DNA of 64,000 nucleotides from Candidatus Firestoneibacteriota bacterium. Lineage in GTDB: Bacteria > Oederibacteriota > D2-FULL-39-29 > JBBTED01. Location of the stretch: positions 3,663-67,662 of the forward strand of contig JBBTED010000048.1 in assembly GCA_038042445.1 (NCBI GenBank). The letters run 5' to 3'. The translations under genes and the position numbers were made by a program. Below are positions 29,819-39,470 of this stretch, piece by piece (the stretch's first letter is position 1; each line of letters begins with the position of its first letter). The notes beneath the pieces were generated by a model, which was not told the origin of the DNA, did no database searches, and saw nothing but the letters and a program-made list of their open reading frames with translations.

Positions 29819-30469
29819 ATGGGTATCCTAAGAAAAAAGAAGATTGTTGAAAAAAACTTGCCAAGCTTGACAGTGCCAAAAAGTAAAACAAAAATTAAAA
29901 TTCCAGATAAAAAAGTGGAAACTCCATCAAATTTAAATCCTATTGATGAAGCAAAACTAATAATAGAAAAAATTTTGGAGCTTGCTAATTTAGATGCAAA
30001 AGTAATAATAAAAAATGCTGACACAATTGAAGCAAGTGGAAAAGATTCTGCAATAATAATAGGCAGAAATGGCACAACGCTTTTTGCAATAGATACTCTA
30101 TTAAATAGTATACTAAATAAAAATAAGGCAAATAAGATAAAATTTGTTTTTGATGTAGAAGAATACAGACAAAGATATCCAAATAAAACTTTGCCTGTTA
30201 AAGGGCAAATAGATCAACATCCACTAAATCAAGCACCACCCGCCCCCATAAATCCTTATAATCGTAATCCATATAATTCTTCTAATTATAATAAAAAAAC
30301 TCCTTATTCCACTACAAATTACAATTATTACACCAAGACTCAAAAACGTTCGTCTCTTAATCAAACGAATAATCTATACAAACCATACACTTCACCTTAT
30401 CCTTCACCATACCGCCAAAACAACAATGGAAAATACAATAGCAATAACTTGCCACAGAATAAACACTGA
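29819..30469 (+). CDS. jag: Jag/KhpB-like KH protein lacking R3H, with low-complexity tail
   Basis: IIGRNGTTL KH loop and DVEEYRQR; position between yidC and mnmE. Confidence 0.75.
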   Translation: MGILRKKKIVEKNLPSLTVPKSKTKIKIPDKKVETPSNLNPIDEAKLIIEKILELANLDAKVIIKNADTIEASGKDSAIIIGRNGTTLFAIDTLLNSILNKNKANKIKFVFDVEEYRQRYPNKTLPVKGQIDQHPLNQAPPAPINPYNRNPYNSSNYNKKTPYSTTNYNYYTKTQKRSSLNQTNNLYKPYTSPYPSPYRQNNNGKYNSNNLPQNKH

Positions 30470-31850
30470 TACTATTTGTGCAATTTCCACTCCTATTGGA
30501 GAAGGTGGAATTGGGATAGTAAGAATAAGTGGTGAAAATTCTTTATCTATAGCCCAAAATATTTTTCTTAAAAAAGGTGCTTTTAAAATTGATGCCTTTA
30601 ATTTACCTACTTTCACAACACACTATGGACACATAATTAACCCTGTTACCAAGCAAATAATAGACGAAGTTATTTTAACAGTAATGAAAGCACCACATAC
30701 TTATACACGCGAAGATATTGTAGAAATTAACTGCCATGGAGGTGTTATTCCATTAAAATTAACTCTTGAACTCGCAATGAAATATGGAGCAAGACTTGCA
30801 GCACCTGGAGAATTTACAAAACGCGCATTTTTAAATGGAAGAATCGATTTATCACAAGCAGAAGCAGTAATAGATGTAATACGCGCCAAAACTGATATAT
30901 CGTTAAACGCCAGTATTACACAACTAACTGGGAAATTAAAAAATGAAGTAGAAACACTACGTTCTAATTTAATTGATATGTGCGCTCAAATTGAGGCAGA
31001 AATTGATTTTCCAGAAGAAGAAATAGAAAATTTGGGTATTGCTGAGTTCGAAAAGAATATTAAAAATATTTTAGAAAAAATATGTCGTTTGCTAAATAGT
31101 TTTCAAAGCGGCAAACTTTTACGAGAAGGAATTAAAATTGCAATAATAGGAAAGCCAAATGTAGGAAAATCAAGTCTTTTAAATATTTTTTTAAATGAAG
31201 AGCGTGCAATAGTTACTGAAATTCCCGGAACTACACGTGATACAATTGAAGAATTTTTAAATATTGAAGGTATACCTGTAAAACTTATAGATACTGCAGG
31301 AATAAGAAAAACAGAAAACATTATTGAGAAAATCGGGGTTGACAAAAGCTATACATCTTTATCCCAGGCTGATTTAATATTTTTAATGTTGGATAGTTCT
31401 GCTGATTTAACCAACGAAGATGAGCATATATTAGAAAAAGTTCTTGGCAAAAAAGTATTAATTTTATTAAATAAAATTGATTTACCTAAAAAAATCAATA
31501 TAGAAAAACTAAAAGAAAAAGCACACAAAATTACAAAAATACTTGAAGTATCTGCAAAATACGGGATTGGTATTGATTTACTTAAAAAAGAAGTCTTGTC
31601 CATTGTTATGTCCGGTGAAGTAATAAATACCGGAGAGATTTTAATAACAAATATCAGACATAAAGAGGTTTTGGAAAAATCAAAAAATTCATTGCTTCAC
31701 GCCTACAATAGTTTTAAAAAAAATATGTCGCCAGAATTTATTGCACTTGATATACGCGCAAGCCTAAACCAGTTAGGTGAAATAACAGGCTCTGTTACAA
31801 CAGAAGACATATTAAACAGAATTTTTGACCAATTCTGTATCGGAAAATAA
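30426..31850 (+). CDS. mnmE: tRNA modification GTPase MnmE/TrmE
   Basis: DTICAIST, GKPNVGKSS, GTTRD, DTAG, FCIGK. Confidence 0.98.
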   Translation: MENTIAITCHRINTDTICAISTPIGEGGIGIVRISGENSLSIAQNIFLKKGAFKIDAFNLPTFTTHYGHIINPVTKQIIDEVILTVMKAPHTYTREDIVEINCHGGVIPLKLTLELAMKYGARLAAPGEFTKRAFLNGRIDLSQAEAVIDVIRAKTDISLNASITQLTGKLKNEVETLRSNLIDMCAQIEAEIDFPEEEIENLGIAEFEKNIKNILEKICRLLNSFQSGKLLREGIKIAIIGKPNVGKSSLLNIFLNEERAIVTEIPGTTRDTIEEFLNIEGIPVKLIDTAGIRKTENIIEKIGVDKSYTSLSQADLIFLMLDSSADLTNEDEHILEKVLGKKVLILLNKIDLPKKINIEKLKEKAHKITKILEVSAKYGIGIDLLKKEVLSIVMSGEVINTGEILITNIRHKEVLEKSKNSLLHAYNSFKKNMSPEFIALDIRASLNQLGEITGSVTTEDILNRIFDQFCIGK

Positions 31851-34800
31851 TTAATCAATTTCATTTTCTTTTTCAAACAAGCTATATAAAGCAGGCAAAA
31901 CAATCAAAGCTAAAAATCCTGAAGATACAAGTCCACTAAGCACTACAATTGCTAATGGCTTTTGTATTTCTGCGCCTGGACCAGTTGCCCAAAGTAAAGG
32001 AATCAAACCCAAAATTGCCACTAAACTGGTGAGAAGTAATGGCCTTAATCTTATCTCACATGCTTGGACAATAGCTTTGTTTTTTGGCAATCCCCCTTTT
32101 CTTAATTGAATAATAAAAGCAACTAACACCACTCCATTTGCCACTGCAGTACCAAGTAAAACAAGAAACCCTATCACAGCAGACACACTTAAGGTAATTT
32201 TGAAAAGTAGCACTCCAAGAATTCCTCCTACCAAAGCAAAAGGCAAATTTAGCATAACAAGTAAAGCAGGCTTTAACGCACCAAAAGTATAAAGCAAAAG
32301 AACAAATATAAGAAAAATTACTATAGGTACAATTATAAACAATGTTTTCATTGCTCGTTCTTGATTCTCAAATTGTCCACCCCAATCAATAAAATATTCA
32401 GGAGGCAAAGATCTTTCTATCGGTTGAATTTTTTTCTGCGCTTCAGCAACAAAACTACCAATATCTCTACCCCGCACATTGCATTCTAACACTACTCTTC
32501 TCATTCCATTTTCTCTGCTTATTTGATTAGGAACTTCAGTTAATTTTATTTTTGCTATCTGCTGTAAAGGTATTCTCTGCCCCTCAGGCGACGAAACAAG
32601 AATATTTCCAATACTATTCTCATCATTTCTTCTGTTTTCAGGAAATCTAACAGCCAAATTAAAACGCTTGTCTCCTTCAAATACCGTTCCAACAGTTTTT
32701 CCGCCAATAGCAGTTTCAATTATTTCATTAACATCACTGACATTTATTCCATAACGAGCAATTGCTTTTCTATCAATATCTATATCTAATTGTAAAAATC
32801 CAGAAATTTGTTCTGCCTTAACATCTTTGGCTCCTTTAATATCTGAAATTATATGCTCAATTTCCTCTGCTTTTTTTCCAAGTAATTCTAAATCATAGCC
32901 AAAAATTTTAATGGCGACATCGGATTTTACGCCTGAAATAAGTTCATTTACCCTCAAAGCAATTGGTTGTGAAAAATTAATTTTTACACCAGGTAATTTC
33001 TCAAGTTTTTTGTCAATCACTTCAATAAGTTGTGTTTTTGATTTTACCTTCCAGAATTTTTTGGGCTTTAACATTACAAAAATATCATTTTGTTCAGGAC
33101 CCATCGGGTCCTCAGCAATTTCAGCTCTGCCTGTCTTTGTTACCACTGTTGACACCTCAGGAAATTCTAAAAGCAATTTTTCAATAGTTGTCCCTATTTT
33201 TTTTGACTCGTCTAATGATACTGTAGGAAATTTAACTACATTTAAAGCTATAGAACCCTCATCTAAATATGGCAAAAATTCTGTTCCTACAAATTTAAAT
33301 AAAAATAAAGAGGTGATAAAAATAACTAATGCAATTATTGCAGTTATTTTCTTATATTTCATTGCTTTATGTAAAATAGGCAAATAAATTTTCTTTATTC
33401 CTCTAATTAAAATATTTTCTTTTTCTTTTTTGCTTGCTTTAAGAAACATAGCACTTAAAACAGGAGCTATTGTAAATGCAACAATAAGTGAACCAGTTAT
33501 GCCAAAGACAATAGTTAATGCCATTGGTTTAAACATTTTTCCCTCAATATCCTGCATAGCAAATAATGGAATTTTGGTAAGAATAATTATTATTATGGCA
33601 AAGAAAACTGGAGACACCACTTCTTTGGTAGCATTAAAACAGATACTAAGCTTTTCTTCTTTTGTTGTATTTTTATTTTCATTCAAACATCTGAAAATAT
33701 TTTCTACAACAACAATACTTGCGTCTGCAATCATACCTAAAGCAATGAAAAGTCCTCCTAAAGACATAAGATTTGCAGTAACACCTGTTTGCTTCATAAT
33801 TATAAAACAAATTAGTGTTGAAATTGGCAAAGAAAGGCAAACAATAATTGCAGGACGAAATTCACCTAAGAAAAGAAATAAAACAATAATTATTAATATT
33901 CCACCTTCTAATAATGCTTTTGTTACGGTATTTATACAGGTTTTTATTAAATCTGTCCGGTCATAAAAAGGATTTATTTTTATTCCAGCTGGAAGTCTTT
34001 CCTGAATCTTTGTGATTGCTTTTTTTACGTTATTTACAACTTCTTTTGAATCAGAATCTTTAAGCATAATAATCATACCACATACTGTTTCACCTTTTCC
34101 ATCTCGCGTAACTGCACCCCATCTTGTTTCGTGACCAATTTTCACATCTGCAATATCTTTTATATAAATAGGAGTACCTTCATGAGCCATAACCACAATA
34201 TTTTCAATATCTTCAAATGTTTTAATCAATCCTATTCCACGTACAATTATTTGTTCAGGCCCTTTTATAATGTAATTTGCTGATGAAATAGCATTATTTT
34301 TAGCTAATGCCGAAGAAATTTGTTCAAGTGTCAAATCATATTTTAGTAATTTGTCTGGCTCAACAATTACCTGATATTGTTTTGCAAATCCACCAAAAGA
34401 ATTAATATCCGCAACCCCACGCACAGAGCGAAGTTGAGGTCTGATAATCCAATCCTGAACTGTTCGCAGTTCTGTTAAATCAACAGTTTTACTTCTGGTT
34501 CCACCATTCCCTTTGGTCTCATTATTCCTTTCAGTCTCACTTTCTAAAGTATATTGATATATTTCACCCAAACCTGTGCTTATTGGCCCCATTTCAGGAT
34601 CAAATCCTTCTGGTAATTTTTCTTTTGCTAACTGAAGTCTTTCAAATACTAATTGACGAACAAAATAAATATCAACCCCATCTTCAAAAATAACTACAAC
34701 TTGTGAAAGACCTGCTTTGGAAAGTGAACGAACAAATTTAACATTTGGCAATCCACTCACTTCAATTTCAACAGGAAATGTAATGAGTCTTTCTACTTCT

Positions 34801-34973
34801 GTTGGAGCTAATCCTGGTGCTTTTGTTATTATCATTATCTGAATGTTCGTAGCATCCGGGAATGCATCAATTGGTAATTTTTTCCATGCAATTATTCCAC
34901 TAACAATAATTATCAATGTAATAAAAATTATTAAGATTTTTTGTCTAAATACAAAAGAAAGAAATTTATCCAT
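31851..34973 (-). CDS. Heavy-metal RND efflux permease (CusA/CzcA family)
   Basis: LPIDAFPD, TGLGEIYQY, RLRPLLLT; 1040 aa. Confidence 0.95.
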   Translation of the reverse strand: MDKFLSFVFRQKILIIFITLIIIVSGIIAWKKLPIDAFPDATNIQIMIITKAPGLAPTEVERLITFPVEIEVSGLPNVKFVRSLSKAGLSQVVVIFEDGVDIYFVRQLVFERLQLAKEKLPEGFDPEMGPISTGLGEIYQYTLESETERNNETKGNGGTRSKTVDLTELRTVQDWIIRPQLRSVRGVADINSFGGFAKQYQVIVEPDKLLKYDLTLEQISSALAKNNAISSANYIIKGPEQIIVRGIGLIKTFEDIENIVVMAHEGTPIYIKDIADVKIGHETRWGAVTRDGKGETVCGMIIMLKDSDSKEVVNNVKKAITKIQERLPAGIKINPFYDRTDLIKTCINTVTKALLEGGILIIIVLFLFLGEFRPAIIVCLSLPISTLICFIIMKQTGVTANLMSLGGLFIALGMIADASIVVVENIFRCLNENKNTTKEEKLSICFNATKEVVSPVFFAIIIIILTKIPLFAMQDIEGKMFKPMALTIVFGITGSLIVAFTIAPVLSAMFLKASKKEKENILIRGIKKIYLPILHKAMKYKKITAIIALVIFITSLFLFKFVGTEFLPYLDEGSIALNVVKFPTVSLDESKKIGTTIEKLLLEFPEVSTVVTKTGRAEIAEDPMGPEQNDIFVMLKPKKFWKVKSKTQLIEVIDKKLEKLPGVKINFSQPIALRVNELISGVKSDVAIKIFGYDLELLGKKAEEIEHIISDIKGAKDVKAEQISGFLQLDIDIDRKAIARYGINVSDVNEIIETAIGGKTVGTVFEGDKRFNLAVRFPENRRNDENSIGNILVSSPEGQRIPLQQIAKIKLTEVPNQISRENGMRRVVLECNVRGRDIGSFVAEAQKKIQPIERSLPPEYFIDWGGQFENQERAMKTLFIIVPIVIFLIFVLLLYTFGALKPALLVMLNLPFALVGGILGVLLFKITLSVSAVIGFLVLLGTAVANGVVLVAFIIQLRKGGLPKNKAIVQACEIRLRPLLLTSLVAILGLIPLLWATGPGAEIQKPLAIVVLSGLVSSGFLALIVLPALYSLFEKENEID

Positions 34974-35000
34974 ACAATTTGCCTCCTGTTTTATTAATTT

Positions 35001-36170
35001 TTACTCGGCACAACCTGCACCCATTTTTGATTTTAATAACTCTGATTTGAGTAAAAAATTACCTTCTGTAACTACATTTTCACCTGTTTTTAAGCCACTA
35101 AATATCTCAACAATTTCATCTGTCTCTCTACCAAGTTTTATTTCTCGTTTTACAAAAACATTCTTACCAAATGACACAAAAACAATTTTATTTTCACCAT
35201 CAGTTAAAACTGCTTTTTTAGGAATAGCCAATATTGACTCTTCATTTGTAAGAATTGAAATATTAACAAACATTTCTGGTTTTAATTTGCCACTTACATT
35301 ATTTATATCTATCTTTATTTTAAAAGTCCTTGTTTTCTCATCTAATACATCACCTGTTGCAGTTATTTGCCCAATAAATATTTCATTTGGATAAATATTA
35401 GTAGTGATTTCAACTTTTTGTTTATTTTCTACTTTTGATATATCTCTTTCATAAATATCTGCAATTATCCATAATGTAGACAGGTCAGCTAATTTATATA
35501 AATTAGTTTCTAGCTGTATAAAATTTCCCTGAAGGACATTGCTTTCCACAATTGTTCCAGAAAATGGAGCGTGGACAGTTAAATATGGTTTGATAATATG
35601 CGTTTCTTCTAATACAGCAATTTCTTTTTCTAAAATACCAATAATTTTTAATTTTTGTCTTGCTGATTCATAAATTCCCTTAGCAGTAGTTTCTTCTTCA
35701 GGATTATTTAATTGCTTAACTCGTTTTAAACGTTCTTCTGCCTGAAGATATTCAGCTTGCGTAGTTAGATATTCCGGACTATAAAGAGAAAGTAACGGCT
35801 CAGCAACTGTTACTTTGCTTTGCATAAATGCAAAAACTTCTTCTATACGTCCTGATACACGAGATACAATATTTAACAATTTCTTTTCATTATAAGTTAC
35901 TTTTCCTGTTGCAGATATTTTATTTTTCACTGATTGAAATGTAATTTTTTCTGTTTTTATTTCTGCTAATAACTGACTCTCTGGCGAAATAATTACTTTT
36001 CCATCTAAACTTGGATTGCAAATATTACATTTTTTTTCCGACATATTGTGTTCAGAACACCAACCTTCTTTTTCTTTAGAAACCTCTTTCGTAGATTTTG
36101 CATTACCACTACAACTCACTAAAATACCTAATAAACTAAAAACTACAAAATTCACCAATATTTTTTTCAT
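35001..36170 (-). CDS. RND membrane-fusion protein (CusB/CzcB) with N-terminal Cys/His metal-binding motif
   Basis: Lipobox-like LVSC; WCSEH..KCNIC; LYSPE; LKPEMF. Confidence 0.92.
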   Translation of the reverse strand: MKKILVNFVVFSLLGILVSCSGNAKSTKEVSKEKEGWCSEHNMSEKKCNICNPSLDGKVIISPESQLLAEIKTEKITFQSVKNKISATGKVTYNEKKLLNIVSRVSGRIEEVFAFMQSKVTVAEPLLSLYSPEYLTTQAEYLQAEERLKRVKQLNNPEEETTAKGIYESARQKLKIIGILEKEIAVLEETHIIKPYLTVHAPFSGTIVESNVLQGNFIQLETNLYKLADLSTLWIIADIYERDISKVENKQKVEITTNIYPNEIFIGQITATGDVLDEKTRTFKIKIDINNVSGKLKPEMFVNISILTNEESILAIPKKAVLTDGENKIVFVSFGKNVFVKREIKLGRETDEIVEIFSGLKTGENVVTEGNFLLKSELLKSKMGAGCAE

Positions 36171-36178
36171 TATTCCTC

Positions 36179-37441
36179 CTATTCTTTTTCTTCTCCTGCT
36201 ATTTCTAAGTTAGCTAAAGATTCTAAATAGTTATATAAAGTTTTTTCGCGTTCAATCCTTGCAAATTTATACGTTCTGTATATATCAATAAGGTTTAATA
36301 CATCTATTTGTCCTGTTTGATAATTATTTATCCCTGTTTTTAATCCATCTTCTACTTCTGGCAAAAGATTTTGTTCAAAATTTTTAACCTGTTCTTCATT
36401 TGCTTGAACAGATTCATAGGTGTTTTTTATCGCAGAAATTATATTTTTCCTAACAGCCTCTAATTTTATCTGATTAGAATCCAAATTAGCAGATGCTTCT
36501 TTTATTTTTCCTGTTTGTTCCATCCAAAAATAAAGTGGAATACTCATTTTGAATTCTGCTCCCCAACCAGACAGTTCTCCTGCTCTACTTTTATAGACAC
36601 TAATATTAAAATCAGGCAATAAACTTGACCAACCTAAAGATTTATTTTTTTCACTTTTTCCCAATGATAACTTTGCAATTTTTAGTGCATAGTTTTTTTT
36701 GAGAATTTCATTTTGCACTTGCTCTATATTTTTATTAAATGGTTCATAAATCATATTTTGCGTTAGCATAAAAGATTCATTTGATTTTCTACCCAATAAT
36801 AAATTAAGCTCCTGTTGTTGGATTAAAAATTCTTTTTTCTCTTCTATTAATTCATTTTTAGATTTTGCTAATTCAACTTTTACTCTAACAACTTCCAGAT
36901 ATGCAACCTTTCCACTTTTATATTTAATATTAGTAATCTCCAGAAATTGTTTGAGTAAATCAATTGTGCTTTTAATATTCTCAATTATTTTTTTGGAAAG
37001 AATAATTTTATAATATGCTTTTTTAACATCAGCAATAAGCAGATATTTTGCCTTTTCTAATTTTGCTTTTTCTATTTCTATCTCATAATCACCAATGCTA
37101 TTTTTTAGAAAATACTTTGTGGGAAATTCAAATAATTGTGATAGCCCTATTTTGGAGTCTTCTCCAACCCATTCTCCTTCTAATTCAGGATTTGGAAGTG
37201 CAGTTGTCTGAAGTTTTCTGGCAAAAACAACTTCTAATTCTTTTTGGGCAATTAAGATTCCAGGATTATTCTTAATAGCAATTTCTACTGCATTATTTAA
37301 TGCCATCTGTTCTGCAATATTTGTGTCTTGGGCATATACAAAAGATGAAAACATAAAATATAATATAGCACCTATAACAATTGACATATTTTTTACCTCC
37401 GATTTGTATATTTTAATATGTAGTTGCTGATTTATCAGCAT
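36179..37441 (-). CDS. TolC/CzcC-family outer-membrane efflux protein (probable start MSIVIG)
   Basis: Repeated helical OEP pattern, YKSGKVAYLEV, YQTGQIDVLNL; in operon with RND genes. Confidence 0.88.
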   Translation of the reverse strand: MLINQQLHIKIYKSEVKNMSIVIGAILYFMFSSFVYAQDTNIAEQMALNNAVEIAIKNNPGILIAQKELEVVFARKLQTTALPNPELEGEWVGEDSKIGLSQLFEFPTKYFLKNSIGDYEIEIEKAKLEKAKYLLIADVKKAYYKIILSKKIIENIKSTIDLLKQFLEITNIKYKSGKVAYLEVVRVKVELAKSKNELIEEKKEFLIQQQELNLLLGRKSNESFMLTQNMIYEPFNKNIEQVQNEILKKNYALKIAKLSLGKSEKNKSLGWSSLLPDFNISVYKSRAGELSGWGAEFKMSIPLYFWMEQTGKIKEASANLDSNQIKLEAVRKNIISAIKNTYESVQANEEQVKNFEQNLLPEVEDGLKTGINNYQTGQIDVLNLIDIYRTYKFARIEREKTLYNYLESLANLEIAGEEKE

Positions 37442-37481
37442 TTTTTAGAACAGTGGATTATATTTTGAGAACAAACCACAA

Positions 37482-37502
37482 CGCCGATAAATCGGCAACT
37501 AC
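37482..37502. repeat. GTAG-family REP-like half element (type D)
   Basis: CGCCGATAAATCGGCAACTAC; homologues at 40416-40436 and 63792-63811. Confidence 0.75.
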
Positions 37503-37529
37503 ATAATTTGTATAGAAATTTAATACGAA

Positions 37530-37796
37530 TTAAATCAACTGTAAAGGAGGGCGAAAAATAGATTTAATAAGATTTTTTTGATTAATATATTGGTTTTGTG
37601 AAGAAACAGAAAATGCGTAGTCAATATATCCTATAGTATATTTAGGAATTTCAAAAAACATACTATCCTGACAAGCACATAAACATTCGGTGTCACAGTC
37701 TTTAGCATTACAATCATCAATACTACATACAAGAAAATTACAAATAAATATTAAACTTATTGTTATTATTGTAAGTTTTATTAATTTATTTATCAT
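37530..37796 (-). CDS. Small Cys-rich exported peptide upstream of the efflux operon
   Basis: Hydrophobic N-terminus; CSIDDC..DCDTECLCAC; C-terminal SIFRPP. Confidence 0.65.
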   Translation of the reverse strand: MINKLIKLTIITISLIFICNFLVCSIDDCNAKDCDTECLCACQDSMFFEIPKYTIGYIDYAFSVSSQNQYINQKNLIKSIFRPPLQLI

Positions 37797-37858
37797 ATAT
37801 TTTATACTATACTAAATTAAATACTATAAATCAACATTTTTCACAATACTTTTAGTGT

Positions 37859-38683
37859 TTATTTTGTTAGTTCTTTGGCTCGATTTTTAGCAGAACTTAT
37901 TGCATATTTAATTATTTCTTTAAATCTTTTGTTTTCAAACACTTTAATTGCAGCCATTGTTGTTCCACCAGGTGAGGTCACCTGCTGACGTAAAGTTATA
38001 GGGTCATCTTTAAGAGAAACAACCATTTTACTTGCACCATAAATTGTCTGTTTTACAAGAATATCTGCTATATCTTTTGACAAACCTGCTTTATATGCGC
38101 CTTCTCGTAATGCTTCAATAAAATAGAATAGATATGCAGGACCACTTCCACTTACAGCAGTAACTGCATTCATCAATTTTTCTTTTATATATACAACTTT
38201 ACCAACAGAGCTAAAAATTTTATTTGCAAGATTTAAATCATTTGAACTTGTCCATCTGCCAGAAGATATTGCAATCATTCCTTCACCTATAAGAGCAGGT
38301 GTATTTGGCATTACTCTTATAATTGAAATATTTTTATTTTCCATTTTTTTCTCAATATAATTAGTAGTTATACCTGCAACTATGGAAATGACAATTTTTT
38401 TATGCGTATTTTGTTTGAAATCATTAAGCACTATATCTATTGTCTGTGGTTTTACAGCAATTATAATAATTCCACAGGATTTTATAAGTTTTTCGTTAGA
38501 ATCTGTAATATTAATATCTGTTTCTTTTTTTATTTTTTTTAGCTTGAGAATATCTAAATCTGCAGCAAATATATTCTTTTTACTTATGAGTTTTGCTTTT
38601 AGCATTCCTTTAATAAGTGCAGAACCCATATTACCTGAACCAATTATACCAATATTTACTTCCAGTATCCCCTTTGGTCTCAT
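37859..38683 (-). CDS. proC: Pyrroline-5-carboxylate reductase
   Basis: IGIIGSGNMG, RVMPNTP, SGSGPAY, VTSPGGTT. Confidence 0.97.
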   Translation of the reverse strand: MRPKGILEVNIGIIGSGNMGSALIKGMLKAKLISKKNIFAADLDILKLKKIKKETDINITDSNEKLIKSCGIIIIAVKPQTIDIVLNDFKQNTHKKIVISIVAGITTNYIEKKMENKNISIIRVMPNTPALIGEGMIAISSGRWTSSNDLNLANKIFSSVGKVVYIKEKLMNAVTAVSGSGPAYLFYFIEALREGAYKAGLSKDIADILVKQTIYGASKMVVSLKDDPITLRQQVTSPGGTTMAAIKVFENKRFKEIIKYAISSAKNRAKELTK

Positions 38684-38701
38684 ATTTTTTAGTAGTAGTT
38701 A

Positions 38702-38784
38702 GTGGTAGTCGCAAGCTTTAGCTTGCGAAGAAAAACCGCAGGCTAAAGCCTGCGACTACCTTTATTACTAAATCCTGCGACTAC
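38702..38784. repeat. GTAG-family REP doublet (type A) plus partial third arm
   Basis: GTGGTAGTCGCAAGCTTTAGCTTGCG...CGCAGGCTAAAGCCTGCGACTACC; extra CCTGCGACTAC at 38774-38784. Confidence 0.88.
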
Positions 38785-39470
38785 AATCGTTCCCCAAAAA
38801 TCGCGGTTCCTATTCTTAATATATTTGCGCCTTCTTCTATTGCAATTTCAAAATCATTGCTCATCCCCATAGACAAATATTTCATATTAATATTATTTAA
38901 CATATCCTGCTCTATATCTTCTGCTAATCGCCTTAATATATAAAAACATTTTCTTATTTTTTTAGTATCTTCGCCATAAGGTGCAATTGTCATAAGACCT
39001 TCTACATTTATATGTGTCATATTTGCAACTGCCTGCAAAAGCCCCCATATATCTTTTATTAGAATTCCGTGTTTTGCAGGATCTTCTGTTATATTAACTT
39101 CTATTAATGTTTTAATCACTTTATCTGCTTTTTTACCCTCTTTATCAATCTCCTGGGCTAAATTTATTCTATCCAGAGAATGAATCATATCAAAAATTCT
39201 AACAGCATCTTTTACTTTATTTGTTTGAAGTGCCCCAATCATATGCCATTCTATGGTATTTCCAATTGCAATAAATTTATCTTTTGCATCCTGAACCTTG
39301 TTTTCTCCAATTGCTATAATTCCAGAACTTATTGCTTCTTTTATTATGTCAGCATCTATTGTTTTAGTAACTGCAATTAATTTTATCTGTTTTGGATCAC
39401 GACCTAATTTTAAAGCACTTGTATTTATTCTATCCTGAACCTTTTTAAAATTCTCTGTAATATTTACCAT
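38781..39470 (-). CDS. yggS: PLP homeostasis protein YggS/PlpBP
   Basis: LIAVTKT, GENKVQD, WHMIGALQTNK, LSMGMS, RIGTAIFG. Confidence 0.95.
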   Translation of the reverse strand: MVNITENFKKVQDRINTSALKLGRDPKQIKLIAVTKTIDADIIKEAISSGIIAIGENKVQDAKDKFIAIGNTIEWHMIGALQTNKVKDAVRIFDMIHSLDRINLAQEIDKEGKKADKVIKTLIEVNITEDPAKHGILIKDIWGLLQAVANMTHINVEGLMTIAPYGEDTKKIRKCFYILRRLAEDIEQDMLNNINMKYLSMGMSNDFEIAIEEGANILRIGTAIFGERL

